Notes under the pieces: model-generated
What the model saw: the letters and a program-made list of their open reading frames with translations, nothing else
What the model was told of the DNA's origin: nothing
The model's database searches: none
Position numbers and translations under genes: made by a program
Assembly: GCA_964035545.1 (NCBI GenBank)
Contig: OZ037767.1
Span: forward strand, 3,173,680-3,237,679
Source of the DNA: Bugula neritina
Lineage: Eukaryota; Animalia; Bryozoa
Reading direction: 5' to 3'
DNA length: 64,000 nt
Shown here: positions 49,921 to 61,252 of the stretch, in pieces
Layout of the letters: each line of letters opens with the position of its first letter
How positions within the stretch are numbered: position 1 is the first letter of the stretch

Positions 49921-52203
49921 TCACCACCTAACATCTGCTTTGTGTTCTTCTAATAGACTCCAGCGTTTGATGGTCTCATAGCCTAGTATGATGGTGAAAG
50001 AGAAGATGGTGGACTGAGCCATACGGGCAGTAATAGCCTTAGTGAATAGCTTCATGCCTTCGTACTTCCACAAGTCCGACAGAACTGAGACCAGTGTACC
50101 TTTACCCTGCACCTAATAACATAGAAGAGTGGAGCCAAGGCTAAGGAATCTCTATGTTATCAGCAACTTCATACTCAGGGGAGATAAAGCCAAAACAGAT
50201 GGAAGTGGGGCATGTTATTGGAACAAATGAAGCGTAACGTGTAACACATAAAACAATGTCAAATTATTCAAATATAATGTAACATTGATGGAGCATTTAT
50301 TCAAAAGCATGCTGGTAAGAAAATAAATTAGACTGTCAAGAACAAAAGCTCACACTTTCAATAAGTGCAAAAGCCATAAACATCACATAATGCACTTTAT
50401 AAAATGCTATGCCAATTTGATCCCTTGCGATTATTGTGATCCCCAATACACCGTAATAAGATACATTGCATCAACATAACAACATCGTGCACCAACTCAA
50501 CTCACCTGTATTCTAGTACGGCTAACATCCAGGAAGTTGGTTAGAAGAGTAGCTGTACAGCCACCCAGTGGAGCAGCAACACATTGTATAGTCAGTCTAG
50601 GAACCCAGCTAGGACTGATCCCCGCCAGCAAGTCTACAACCAGATAATGTGACACTCCTTAATATAACATGTCTGTAGTGTTACACCCCTTACTATGTGT
50701 GTAGTCTTACACCTCTTACTATGTGTGTAGTGTTACACCCCTTAATTTGTGTGACGCCCCTTTTTCTGGATAACAAAACAATGATTGTACTATTACCAAA
50801 AGTATTCTTCTATCTAGAGCTTGTTGCTAAGCAGCATAAGTAAGACTAAAACATTGCTGTAAGCAATATATACATATAATTACCTGAAAATCTGTCATAA
50901 AAGAGCCACCAGAGGGCGCTGTGAGGAGCATATACTAGCACCGATATGAAGTAGCCTTTGTAGAAGCCTCTAATGCCATAGTTAGAGTATACAGCTTTCA
51001 TTACTTTGAAAGAGGCGCCAAGCCTGTTCACAGAACAAGTATTTATTAGGTCACAAAAAATACTTGTCCATATTAACTACAGTGGCCAATGTCTATTATA
51101 ACATATCATAACACAATACAATATATAATATAATATACAGCATAACATAATATATATTATATGATGTAATATGTATTATATTATAATATAATATATTATA
51201 ATACATTATATTATAATAAAATATATTATATAATATATTTTGTCACCAAAATGAAGGAAAGACAGTTTCCAACAATTTGGAATCTAAATTACCAGTAACT
51301 TCAAAGAACTAGTAGCTAGATGTTCATTTCCTTGAATACATCGGTCATCTCATAAAAACAAACTAAACACAAAACTTACAGCCAGCATAAGGAAAGCTTT
51401 CACAATACAGTGAATAAATATAGCTTACCTTGACCCTGAGGCGGTGTCAATGTTGAGAGTGTTCAGGTGGGTTCTGCCGGGTTTGATGGGGTGACCCTCC
51501 GTCTTAGTGTTGCCGAGGAGCATCATGTGCTGAGTCACTATGTCTAGAGGCACCACAAATACCTGACTCGCTGTCGACGCGCAGCCACCAGCTATAAAAC
51601 TTTTCAACTTGCGCGACTCGACATTGTGATTATGCAGCCATTGCCGTGAGCCCTCGTAAACAGTGATATACGCCATCTATAGAAGAGGAAATGACATCAC
51701 TAACAGGAAGTGTGACTGCAAACACACTTAGTTAATGTTTGTACAGAAAAACAACAACTAAAAATAGCACAACTCCAACTACCCAGAATATATCTCATGG
51801 TTTCTAATAATTAATATTTATTTCAGTAGCAGGTCTTAGCTTTTCTACCTTCATGAACTCAAGAATGGATAATAACTATAATTGAGAGTAACACATTATG
51901 TAATAGAAGGTTTAGACACAAGACCTGTGGAACTACAAGTAGGGAGTTGATCCAATACCCTCTATACAATCCTTTCACACCTTCTCTCTGTGTGATCTTC
52001 TTAAAAGCATCCCAGGTGCCATTATATAATATCTTCTTGTTTTGAACTTGGAGCCTCGTCTTCACAAGACTTAGAGGATATAATGTCGTACGAATGCAAG
52101 CACCAGACAAGAGCGCCAGGGGGTAATATTTGGTTTTGTCCATCATGTTCAACTCGATTACTTGTATATTGGAGGCATCTGTGGTCTCCACGCCTTCAGC
52201 CAT
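49921..52203 (-). CDS. SLC25A44: Mitochondrial carrier SLC25A44 (branched-chain amino acid carrier family); 328 aa
   Basis: Exons 52203-51925, 51676-51429, 51023-50884, 50633-50506, 50112-49921 (987 nt). IQVIELNMMDKTKYY..YPLSLVKTRLQVQ..YNGTWDAF..KGLYRGY; KSFIAGGCAS..VPLDIVTQHMM; GFYKGY..YAPHSALWW; GYETIKRWSL. These follow the SLC25A44 pattern. Confidence 0.92.
50650..50762. repeat. About 25-bp minisatellite x4 in an SLC25A44 intron
   Basis: Unit approximately gtgtagtgttacaccccttactatgt. Confidence 0.75.
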
Positions 52204-52999
52204 TGTCACCACCTTTATTATTAAAATATTCTACTCTGTCTAAAATATAACCTTAAGATTTTGATGGTTTTATGGTAAGGGTCATTAAGTAGAAATATAT
52301 AATATAGAGTGGATTGTCCTTGTGCTTAAATGTGTGACTACATAATTGGATGAGATGAATCAAAATAATATAACATCTCTAACTACATTACAGCTATGCT
52401 TTATTGTCGAATCATAAATTAAAGTGGTTGGTGTTTGATAGTTTATTTCTGGTAATGGCTTCAAATTCCATACATAACCTGTTAAATGGTGAAAAACATA
52501 TTATTGTGGCATACATAATCATCATACATAGCTACTTATTAGTTTTAGTTTCAGCTGCATATACTAGTTTTTTGTCCTGGGAAAATAAAAGCAATGTTGT
52601 CAACTAAAAAGATACTGTAAACAGGGTGTTTTCCCATAGATGTTTGATGCTCAGTTATCTGTTTCAGTAAATTAGAGAAGTCAAGAAAACTCAGTTGCAA
52701 AAGTACAATTACTATAAATCGACCTGAAATAATATAGTACAGTGTTTTCTTTTGAAACAATCACAACATTCTGATTTTAATCTAATAGCTAAATTAAGTA
52801 ATCAAAAGTCTGTACAAAAGTATTTTTTCGTTAGACTAAGACGTGACCAAAATTTATGAAACATCCATTATTGCTTATTTTTTTATTGTCAAACTAATAG
52901 TAAATGTAATAGGCCTACTAATATTAATACTAATACTAATAGTATCACTAATAGTAATACTAATAGTAATAGTAACTGTTTCAGTAGCTTTTTGGCAGC

Positions 53000-53150
53000 T
53001 TTCCAAAAACCATTGTGTAACGAAAGCTATTTGTGAAAGCTTTCGCGATAGCTATTTACTGACAGTTTTTGGTTGATGAGTCAGTGTAGCTCAGTTTTCC
53101 TCCTGCTAAAGATGCAGGCAATCTATACTTAATTGTCAAAATAATTGTGA
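53000..53150 (-). repeat. Unclassified interspersed repeat, copy 2
   Basis: Reverse complement of 26010-26150. Confidence 0.75.
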
Positions 53151-53459
53151 GTATCAAGTATTATACTATCTTTTGTTTTGAACTTCATTAACTAAATGTT
53201 TTGTCAGCTATGTAATTAATGTTAAGTTAACAATATGTTTGTAATTTTCATGGTTATAAGTTACAGTAAAATACGAGTAAAGTATGAGTTCGAGTTTGAG
53301 TTCAAGTGTGAGTCTGAGTTCAAATATACTGTTGGCAATAGACAAAAAATAGAGTTGTGGCCTGCATCTGTGTCCTCCATCCATTCACCCTTCATTAAGT
53401 GAATTACAATACATAGGCATCCGTGCCAAACAGCATCCGTGCTGACACAGTAACTGTAA

Positions 53460-54540
53460 TGCTAAGCCTAATACTAATAGTAATACTAATACTAATAGTT
53501 ATAGTAATACACTTTACAATCATTCACATTGACTTTGAGTCAAACTAAAAATTAAATAGTCAATTACTAATAGTAATACTAAGTAATACTAATACTAATA
53601 GTAATACTAATAGTATTACTATTAGTATTAGTATTACTATTACTATTAGTATTAGTAATACACTAAATCTAATAGTAATAGTAAAAAGTAAACACTAAAT
53701 TAGATACTATTTCACTTAGTTTTATTAATTAAAACTAATGGTAATAGTTATAGTAATACTATGTAGCAGTAAATTAGAATAAATATAACTCACACACAAT
53801 TATAATATTATCAATTTATCACTAATGAGTAACTCTGTAAATGTAATGATGGTTATTCATATTGATATTGTGATTGATGATAATAATTAATAATTCACCA
53901 GGATACGTGGTGATGTGATACTTTTGTGCATTGATGAATTGTAACAGTACTGTAGGATACGGTAAAACATTATTTAGCAGTCATATGCCTAAAAAAAATA
54001 CAAACGTTAATTTTAATAATTTTTAACATTAATAACATTAACATTATTAAAAATTTTGAGCAATATGTAGTAGTCCTTTATTAAAATAACAGCAGTTTTG
54101 CGCACATAAATCTCATCTATATAAATTCCGTTTAAAAAAACTTTTTCTCCAACATCTGAAGGTGCAAACAAAATTTGCTGTTGATAAACCTGAATTTGAA
54201 ACGTGTTATATGAATTGCAAGACATATTTATAGAAAGAAAAAATTTCTTGGTCAGAAAGTTTAGTAGTATTTCCTATTTTACGTTGCTTATGCTGATACA
54301 TGTGCCTGTGGGGTTAGAAATAGATGGCTAAAAGTAAAACTAAAAGTAAAACACTTAAATACTAATTATAATAGTAATACTAATACTATTAGTATTATAA
54401 TTAGTATTTAAGTGTTTTACTTTACTATTAGTAATAGTAATACTAATACTAATACTAATAGTTATACTTATAAGTTATAAGTTAAATAGAATTGCTATTA
54501 CTATTACTATTATTATTACTATTAGTATTAGTAGTCATTA
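53460..54540. repeat. AATACT/AATAGT hexamer tracts with two long inverted repeats between divergent SLC25A44 and Rieske-DUF455 genes
   Basis: Perfect 27-bp arms at 53582-53608 and 53612-53638 (3-nt loop). Perfect 31-bp arms at 54343-54373 and 54393-54423 (19-nt loop). Confidence 0.8.
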
Positions 54541-54674
54541 GATTTAGTTTTAAAAATAGATTTTCATGATGAAATAGAAATACTATAATATTATAGTAAT
54601 CTGTTCTCAATCATAATAAAAAACATTCATAAGACTAAGTATTTAAATAGGTGCTGGCGTTGTAGACTTAGCTG

Positions 54675-57600
54675 ATGGGAGAATCTGTAAAAGATTTAGA
54701 TGTTAATCAAAGTCTGTTGGAGTGTCTAAAAGATGTAGTGGAAGTGCAAGCTTGGCATGTTATTGGAGATGTTGATTTCTTAAAGGAAAAGTCATTGAGA
54801 AGGTGACATTTGGTTAAACACGTCTTTACTATTCTTAGTGATTAATTTAGCTAAGATAACTTGCTGTCTCAAATACTATTTTAATTATGATTAGCTGATT
54901 GACATCATTCTTATTATTATTTTAACTTGGACAGCTTGAGCTTGAATTTTTCTTTCAAATTCAATTTTGATAGCGCATAATTCGTGTGTTTGATGGATGT
55001 AGGTAATCTCATGCAAGCAGACTATACTCTAGACTTCTTTTACAAACCTTCTTGACTTAATCAGTTTTGAGTCACAGTTTCACTTGATTATATACAATTT
55101 CGTATATGTTTGAGTGGAACAGGTTGTATTTATATAAATCTACTCGGCCATCTCGCTATACTTCTATGAACTCCTGATTGAAGAAGGTTTTTGTTAAAAC
55201 AGGCTAAGGACTTGTTTTCCATTGTGGCAGAAGATCAATTATGATTGCATGCCCTTCCTAACATCATTAATGGCCTTTACTGGGATTCGAACCACTGACT
55301 TCAGGTTTACTAGGGCAATGCTCTAACCGCTAGACCTGTGCTGCTCTCAGTAGTTTACTGGTACCTTGTTGTTCAAATAGGCTTTATGGGGATAGTGAAG
55401 GAGAAGATATTGTCCTCATATACGATGATGAGGAAGATATGTTCCATGCAATGGATGCTGTGTGTAGTCACGAGGGAGGGCCATTGGACCTAGGAGATAT
55501 TGAGGATGTTGGTGGGGACAGGTGTCTTGTCTGCCCCTGGCATCGTTATGAATTCAAGCTAACTGATGGTTACTCAGAAACTACTGGACTGCAGGTAAAG
55601 ATTATAAACAAACATATTTGACTTGTGTCTATTTTTCTGCTGTTTGCTAGCATTAATCTAGTAGATGCAGTCTCTACACTTATTTCAGAGGATTCTCAAT
55701 CTTTTTTTTATATTTTTGTATTTGTACAGAAATTTGTAAATATGAAAATTAATTCCTAAAATACCAAGTTAGGTTTTCCTGTATGCTGTAAACTGTAGAA
55801 GTTAAATAAGCACATCATGATTAGTGTATAAAACTCAGTGATGTGCCATTTATGATTACATAATTTACTTTTATTATAATTTACTAAACTTCTAAATTGT
55901 TTCTCTCCTGTATTAAAGAATATGAAAATCAACCCCCTCCTCTTAAACTAATCAAGTTGAAATTTAACCTAAATTTATATTTTTATCCTTGATATGCTAA
56001 TCAGAAATGATGACTTTTAATTTCTAATAATTTAACTGAAAGTTGAATAGGCATCACAACTTTCACTCTTCACTGACTGTAAGCACAAACAGCTGCCATC
56101 TTTAATCTAAATCAGCTGACAACTGAAAACTAATTACTAGGAAAAATAAACACATTTTATATTATATATAGAATGTGTATATATTAATGGTATTTTACCT
56201 GATAAACTATGGTCTCACCTTTCACTGAATATCCACATCAAATATTGTAGTAACTTCATAATTTCTTTCAGCACCTGTTAGTCTTCAGCATCACTGCGTA
56301 TAAAATTGTAAATTATATAAGTTGGTTGACCTGAATCTTATAGTGAAAGTCTGTTAAAGTATCTCTCAACAGATCTTTAATTTGTAGCAGATATTTGTGA
56401 AGCTAAACAATAATATTGATTAGAGGTCATTCTACCTGCCTTGACCCCTACATTGACCTCTGTTCCAAGGTTATTGAACTTTCACTAACTTAGCCTTAAT
56501 TGCAGTAATAGTTGTAGCATGTTGGGTGTAATGCTTTCAAGGTATACAATAAAACTTATACTCAATGTCCAAGTTGTTAGTTCAAACTTCATTACTTTAC
56601 AGTCTTCCAGGTTTTTGTTTAAGTTAGCTGGATTTTCACACTGGCTTTTCTATCACTGCATGTGTCCATTACATTGCATCATTCAAATGGATGCTCGTAC
56701 AGATAAATTACTGTTTGCATGAACTTATGCTTGTGGTTTCAACATGTTTTCAAACATCAAATGAAATTCCATTTTCACAGTGCAAATCGAAGTTTAGAAA
56801 CGTAGTGAATAATACTTTTAATAGTATTTTCAAAAACCCCTTATGGAGCTGTTGTACTTCATATTCCACAGCAAGACGTGTACCCACTCATGGAGGTGGA
56901 TGGTAAGCTGTACATTAGAACTGGTGAGATGGAGCTGTCACTTGAGCCTAAGCTGCCATCAGCTGCTCCTGAGGTTGTCACGCTGCCATCTGAACACTCA
57001 GTTCCCTCGGCAGCCTCTCTCAACACTCTCACTTCTGCTGCCTTCCAAGTCCTTACGGCTGCCGATCCGTTTGAGAAGGTTGGCAGACATCTTTTAGTTT
57101 AGGGAAGTCATTGATACAAGTTTTACAGATATTTCCATTTACTGAGAGTACCAAGAATTGTGTTATTCAAATGAAGAATTTTAAATAAGAATTCCCTGTT
57201 AGAGCAAATATCTGCCTTTTAAATGTTATGAGTTGCTCTGTTTTTACAGCTATTGGCAAATCATTTACCAAATGTTAAAAAAGCTTTTTAATTCATAATC
57301 AAATTCTAAGAATAACAACTGTTTCAAATTTTAATAAGATATTTTTGAATTGCTGTTTGTATTTAGAGCTATAATTGTTAACAGCTACTGGTTATATTTG
57401 AATTGTCTTCTCATGTTGTTCTCATGATTTATGCTGCTAGATTCGACTCTCTGAGTTACTGGGCGGAGAATGGTGCTCAGGGGCAATCACAGAACTTGGT
57501 AATTGTCCCCCTCCTGATCATCCTGTCCGCAACTCTGACTACCTCCAGGTGGTGGCTCCTGGCAAGGAGGGCAGGCGCGGTAAAGGTGGATCACTGGTAA

Positions 57601-60600
57601 TTCTGCCCTTATAGTTTATCTTTTAGTAAAAATTTAAGTTTCGGCATGTAATGATAGAAGGAGTTACCACAGCTTTTTGCTTAAAGTCTGCTGCAGTACA
57701 GTATACTAGTATTAAATTCTGAAATACACATATTTATTTATTCTATAATCATTCGTAAATATTTTATTTCAGTTAGGCCCACGGTTGTTACTGAACCTTG
57801 CCAAGCTCTGTTGAAAGTAAATTAGTCTTTATATTCTCTGCTAACATAATTTTCTACTTTAAGTAATTGGAGTTGTCTTACTCTCTTCCTTCTAGAGTAG
57901 TCGTATATCCATACTACACGCGATGGCCAACATAGAACTGTGGGCTATAGATTTAAGTTGGGATATCCTAGCGAGGTTCCTGCCTCACTTTAGGCTCCAA
58001 GGCAAACCTTTACCCAAAGAGTTTTCTGACGACTTTGTGAGAGTTGCTCGGGAGGAGACGAAACACTTCCGACTCCTTAACGACAGACTCAACAACCTCG
58101 GCTCCCACTTCGGAGCTCTTCCAGTTCATAATGGTACATTACTGAGTACTACCATTCCCGCTGCTGCTGCCGCTGACTCTGATGTCATCAATAATACCTG
58201 TTATTTGCTATGTTGATGTTGTTGCTACAATGGTGCTAATGGTGCATTACTGGGTACTACTATTCCTGCCGCTGTTGCTGCTGCTGCTGCCTCTGATGTC
58301 ACCAATAAATCAATCAATACCTGTTGTTACTACTAATGTTTCTGTTACACTGTATGAGTTTCACTAATCTTAACAATGCCAACTCTGCTACAGTACATTG
58401 AATATACAGCAGCAATTTCACGGACTTCACCAAATACGCTGCTGTTGTAGGACTGTGGGAGTCTGCTGAGACTACTAATCATAGTTTACTAGCCAGACTA
58501 GCTGTGGTACACATGGTACACGAAGCCAGGTGAGATATATTATAGTATACTAACTGTGGTATACATGTAGTTATGTGTGTTATATTATAGTATACTAACT
58601 GTGGTATACATGTAGTTATGTGTGTTATATTATAGTATACTAACTGTGGTATACATGTAGTTATGTGTGTTATATTATAGTATACTAACTGTGGTATACA
58701 TGTAGTTATGTGTGTTATATTATAATATCCTAGCTCTAGTACATGTGAAGCTATGTTAGTTATATTAGGAAGATTTCTTGCACTTAGAATTCACGGTCGA
58801 TAAGAGACACTGTTGGTTTGTTTTTATGTCATTAAAATAGTTTTAAACCAATGCAAGTTTATATTCGATTTATTTTCAAGTGACCTGTGGCATCTTTAGA
58901 CCTTCTCCATTTCTATTATTATTATTATTATTATTATTATTAGTGTTTGGCCTACTATCAATCTATATCTGCTAACATTGGCTTTGTCTGATTAAACGGC
59001 TGTGAATCTAATTTTAAATAAGAACCAAGTTGCTTGCTTTAGTATTCTGAAATTCTGCTCACAATAATTTTAATTGCGGAAATTATAGTAAATTTGAAAT
59101 CAATAACATTCAATACTGGTGCACCTGCGAGTGGATATGGCAAATTATACTTGTACACACACTTCTATTCAGCTCAGCTGTGTGTTGTTAACTCAATACA
59201 AACCTGATTATAACCCTTGTCTTCATCATAGCATCTCTAGCTCCAGCATAGCCTTCCTTCCATTGCTCCAGCATAGCCTTCCTTCCATTGCTCCAGTGTA
59301 GCCCTCCTTCCATTGCTCCAGTATAGCCCTCCTTCCATTGCTCCAGTGTACCTTTCCTTCGAACTAATATAAGAATAAATACTATACTCTCAAAAATATT
59401 CTCTATATTTGCTTATTTAAGTTTTCACGTTCCTCATCTGCAATAATGTGCCAGATCTACAATAATATAACAAAGCGTGTAGACAAAGTTAAGTTTAAAA
59501 AGCCGAAATATTTTAATAAAATACATGTTTTACTACTTTGTAGATTAAGTTTCTATGACCTACACAGTATACCTAAGGAGCTTAGACTTAGAGTTATTTA
59601 CATTATTGTAGGGGGTTGGATGTGCAGCCCGTACAAATTGGTAAATTTGAGAGGCAAAACGACCAGGAAAGTCTGTCTATACTGCAAACAGTGTTCACGG
59701 AGGAGATAACTCACGTGGCTGCCGGAATGAAATGGTTCAACTATATCTGCGAGCACTCGGAAACTAAATTGGTGCGTCATAAACCTTTAATCTCTCTATT
59801 TGATCTCTCCATTTGACTCATATGTAGTACTGGCGTCTCACATGTTTTGTTGGATATGCTAAAGTTAGCCATTCTTTTTGTTACTCATTCCGGATTAAAA
59901 TATCTTCCCTACAGTAACTAGCAAATTTCTTACCAGTTTTGGTTTATACTCTTCTCACAAAATAATACTAGGACCAACAGACAGACTGCTATTACATAAC
60001 ATATTTTCCACAAACTAATATTTGTAGGATCCTGTGAAGACCTTTCACGAGATTGTGAGAAAAAACTTCAGGTAAATTATACAGACTCATAGATTCTCCA
60101 AGTCATAAGTTTATATGGAACTAGTATTGTGTTATTACAGATAGGTGGTTTCATTACTAGTTAGTCCTAGAAACATTGCTATTATATGGTATGTGCAAAT
60201 AGCAAACATATTTCAAGTCTATCAGAGTTCAGTGCTGCTTGTATTTACTTTAGCTACTTATTGCATAGGTATGTCAACTGCTAAGACAGATTCTGTAACA
60301 TGAAATGACCAGATTTTTCTTAATAAATTCGTAATGGAAATGTAACTGATTTCTCTTTGGAAGATATTCAGATTTCTATATTATATTTTCATAGTGTATC
60401 TACTCTATGTTAGACAGAATGCTGAAAACTTGAATTTTTCAATAATGCAACAAGTTGCAGTTATGTATGGTCAAATAATATTATATATCAAAATTAAATG
60501 TTTACATTTTATTGAGTTTTAAATATTAAAATTTAAACTGATTTTAAATTATAAGCTTTTTATTTTCCAAAATAAAAAGGCGAATACATACAATTTTTAA

Positions 60601-61252
60601 TACAGACACCTCATAGGAGTCTTGTGGTTTTTTACTCTTACTCTGAACTTTTCTAACTACTTTCTTCTCGTCTCACTTTGATTGGTTGAAATGTTGGGCT
60701 TTGTTTCTTATCTGATATACACTGTGTCTGATCTGTGCCTCTGTAACTTTGTGTTTAGGGGGTACTTGAAGCCACCCTTTAATACCGAAGCAAGAAGCAA
60801 AGCAGGCATGACTCCAGAGGTGTGTATTAACATCATGTGTATCATTTTTGACTATAAGTGAGTGCAGGCATGATTGTGGGTATAATTATTGTGTGTCATA
60901 TGAAGGTAGCCTATGTAATACCCTCTGTGTAGTCCCTCTTTCCCTGAACATATGTGATATAGCTTAGGGTATGTTATGCTAAGATATGTAACATTAGCAT
61001 TATATTGTTGTACATGTGGTGCACTGTTATATTACATGTATATATATGGTACACCGTTATATTGCATATTATTGTATTATATTATATATATTATATTGCT
61101 GTGTATGCTGTTTATATGTTGTACTATGTTTTTCCAAATTAAATATAATTTACAATTCCATGTTTCAGTGGTATGAGCCGTTGACAAAGACTGGATCGGC
61201 TGCCAAGTCTGTGCAGGTGTCTGCAGGTGTTACAGTGCATCAAGGTAGCTAA
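54675..61252 (+). CDS. Rieske [2Fe-2S] ferredoxin domain fused to a ferritin-like DUF455 (HI_0077-like) diiron domain; about 456 aa
   Basis: 10 phase-consistent exons: 54675-54802, 55381-55594, 56872-57078, 57441-57596, 57896-58133, 58451-58529, 59612-59771, 60028-60071, 60759-60819, 61169-61252 (1371 nt). Rieske ligands CSH..CPWH. DUF455 motifs LHAMANIELWAIDLSWD, EETKHF, LPVHNGLWESA, LARLAVVHMVHEARGLD, EEITHV, LKPPFNTEARSKAG. Confidence 0.9.
55182..55348 (-). mobile_element. tRNA-derived SINE, best-preserved copy
   Basis: Reverse complement: gagagcagcacaggtctagcggttagagc (A box), ggttcgaatccc (B box), then the non-tRNA core gatgttaggaagggcatgcaatcataattg. Confidence 0.85.
58536..58765. repeat. 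45-bp minisatellite x4 (perfect) plus a degenerate fifth unit
   Basis: Unit tatattatagtatactaactgtggtatacatgtagttatgtgtgt at 58536, 58581, 58626 and 58671. Confidence 0.95.
59240..59360. repeat. 25-bp minisatellite x4.8
   Basis: Unit gctccagcatagccttccttccatt. Confidence 0.9.

Noticed and set aside
55270-55348. tRNA gene on the minus strand
   Set aside because: It has A and B boxes, but I could not fold a convincing cloverleaf, and it continues into a core shared with other dispersed copies. It is a SINE head.
58536-58715. Regular 45-bp repeats as a possible CRISPR array
   Set aside because: Units are head-to-tail with no unique spacers, lie in a spliceosomal intron, and there are no cas genes. 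This is a minisatellite.
54675-61252. Bacterial contamination or very recent HGT for the DUF455 gene
   Set aside because: Nine canonical introns, a host SINE insertion and continuous host-like base composition show long residence in this genome.
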